From NCBI GenBank assembly GCA_964245235.1, contig CAXTLS010000013.1, positions 564 to 64,563 on the forward strand: a stretch of 64,000 bases of DNA, in the 5' to 3' direction. This document shows positions 62,818-64,000 of this stretch, piece by piece. The position numbers and the translations under genes were made by a program. Source of the DNA: an uncultured Acidobacteriaceae bacterium. Its GTDB lineage: Bacteria > Acidobacteriota > Terriglobia > Terriglobales > Acidobacteriaceae. Below the pieces are notes generated by a model. That model saw nothing but the letters and a program-made list of their open reading frames with translations, made no database searches and was not told the origin of the DNA. Position 1 is the first letter of the stretch. Every line of letters starts with the position of its first letter.

Positions 62818-63762
62818 CTACTGCCAGTCGTCGCGCGCCTGCGCTTGCTCAGTAAACACCTGCTCAAACACGTCCGTCTTCTTGATAAGGATGTCGCCCT
62901 GCTGGACCGGCTGGTGCAGCACTACCGCCTGCAGCCGAACTAGCTCCAGCATCGCCAGGAACATGCAGATCAGCGCCCGCTCCGTGTGCGTATTATGCAG
63001 CAGCCGCCGCAGAGAGACCGGCTTGTCTTCCATAACCAGCCGCCGCTTCACATAGTCGATCATCTGCGCCACCGTCACCGACTCTTCATCCACATCAAGC
63101 ACCGGCCGAGCTCGCATCCGTGTCAGGATCTCCTGAAACACCCGCACTAGGTCGACCGTATCCGCCGCAATCTCGCGCACTTCGGTCTCGATGGCCGAGC
63201 CGCCCTCGGCAGCATCTTGCCGCCGGAAGTTCTTCATGCCGGGATTGGTCCACGTGGCTTCTTCAATCTGCTGCTTCTGCATCAGCATCTGCGCCGCGGA
63301 CTTGAATCGTTCATGCTCCAGCAATCGCTCCACCAGCTCCCGCCGTGGATCCTCCGGATCTGACTCCGCCCCGCTCCCGCTCGGGTCACGCGGCAGCAGC
63401 GTCTTGCTCTTGATGTGGATCAGCAGCGAGGCCATGTAGATAAATTCGCCCGCCGCGTCCACATCGGTCTGCTTCAGATGATGCGTGTAGTCAAGAAACT
63501 GCGCCGTAATCTGCGCAATCGGAATGTCATATATATCAATATTTTGCTTTCGAATCAGATCAAGCAGCAGGTCAAATGGACCGTCATAGACCTGCCCTAC
63601 CGTTACCGAAAAGGGGGACTGCGACGCCTCCTCCTTGACCACAGAAGGTCGCTTCGCCTCCATCACAGAAGCCTGAACAGCCTGCGGCTCAAGCACGAAT
63701 GGAGCATCGGCCGCCGCACTCTCCCCGCTCATTGGAGCTACATCCTTTGCATCATCGGACAT
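62818..63762 (-). CDS. scpA: Segregation and condensation protein A
   Basis: YDGPFDLLLDLIRKQNIDIYDIPI..IT.Q, KSKTLLP, DPRRELV, FLAMLEL. Confidence 0.95.
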   Translation of the reverse strand: MSDDAKDVAPMSGESAAADAPFVLEPQAVQASVMEAKRPSVVKEEASQSPFSVTVGQVYDGPFDLLLDLIRKQNIDIYDIPIAQITAQFLDYTHHLKQTDVDAAGEFIYMASLLIHIKSKTLLPRDPSGSGAESDPEDPRRELVERLLEHERFKSAAQMLMQKQQIEEATWTNPGMKNFRRQDAAEGGSAIETEVREIAADTVDLVRVFQEILTRMRARPVLDVDEESVTVAQMIDYVKRRLVMEDKPVSLRRLLHNTHTERALICMFLAMLELVRLQAVVLHQPVQQGDILIKKTDVFEQVFTEQAQARDDWQ

Positions 63763-63779
63763 TCTCTCCTCATCCATCG

Positions 63780-64000
63780 CTACTCCAGCCCCATTGCAGA
63801 ACGGACCTCGTGCATCGTCTGATTCGCACGCGCAATGGCGCGAGCATTGCCCGCATCAAGAATCGCCGCTACCTCGTCAGGATTCGCCTCGAAGTGGCGC
63901 CGGCGCTCCTGGATCGGAGCCAGCTCCCGGACCACGCCGTCAGCCAGCCAGCCCTTGCACTGGATGCAGCCGATCCCCGCAGTCGTACATCCCTCCCACA
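63780..64000 (-). CDS. trpS: Tryptophanyl-tRNA synthetase, C-terminal part (runs off the window)
   Basis: Hand translation ...WEGCTTAGIGCIQCKGWLADGVVRELAPIQERRR...TMHEVRSAMGLE*; sits upstream of scpA as is typical. Confidence 0.85.
   Translation of the reverse strand, partial: WEGCTTAGIGCIQCKGWLADGVVRELAPIQERRRHFEANPDEVAAILDAGNARAIARANQTMHEVRSAMGLE

Overview
Gene-dense, GC-rich (by eye) chromosomal segment. It is most likely from an Acidobacteriaceae-type bacterium, inferred from two Oar-like TonB receptors, an 'acido-empty-quinoprotein'-like gene and the gene order. In order it holds: a tRNA cluster (Thr-TGT, Tyr-GTA, Thr-GGT) with a small membrane ORF where tRNA-Gly usually sits; a LOV-domain histidine kinase; a sorbosone/PQQ-sugar dehydrogenase; an M23 peptidase; thiL; a cystathionine gamma-lyase; a TonB receptor followed by a Tat-exported TIM barrel, birA, coaX, a hypothetical, rlmD and comEC; several small hypotheticals; DUF2252; an M1 aminopeptidase; a pentose-phosphate operon (GH15, tkt, rpiB, SDR, HAD, zwf, pgl, glk) divergent from Mn-sodA; typA; tRNA-Arg(CCG); a second TonB receptor; an ABC-F ATPase; a DEAD-box helicase; msrA; and rluB-scpB ... 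scpA-trpS split by about 7 kb of accessory genes. No CRISPR array, integrase, transposase or rRNA was seen. The best leads are four. (1) An unannotated 35-aa hydrophobic peptide gene with a perfect Shine-Dalgarno and its own terminator, laid out like a type I toxin. (2) An AT-hook/histone-H1-like candidate nucleoid protein lying between scpA and scpB. (3) A DnaD-like hypothetical in the coaX-rlmD-comEC operon. (4) A 44-aa acidic microprotein inside the tkt-rpiB operon. Also noted are a recurrent GCA(C/T)(C/T)-N15/16-GCATC(T/G) promoter-like motif and two decaying pseudogenes. All family calls come from motif recognition by eye, not from database searches.
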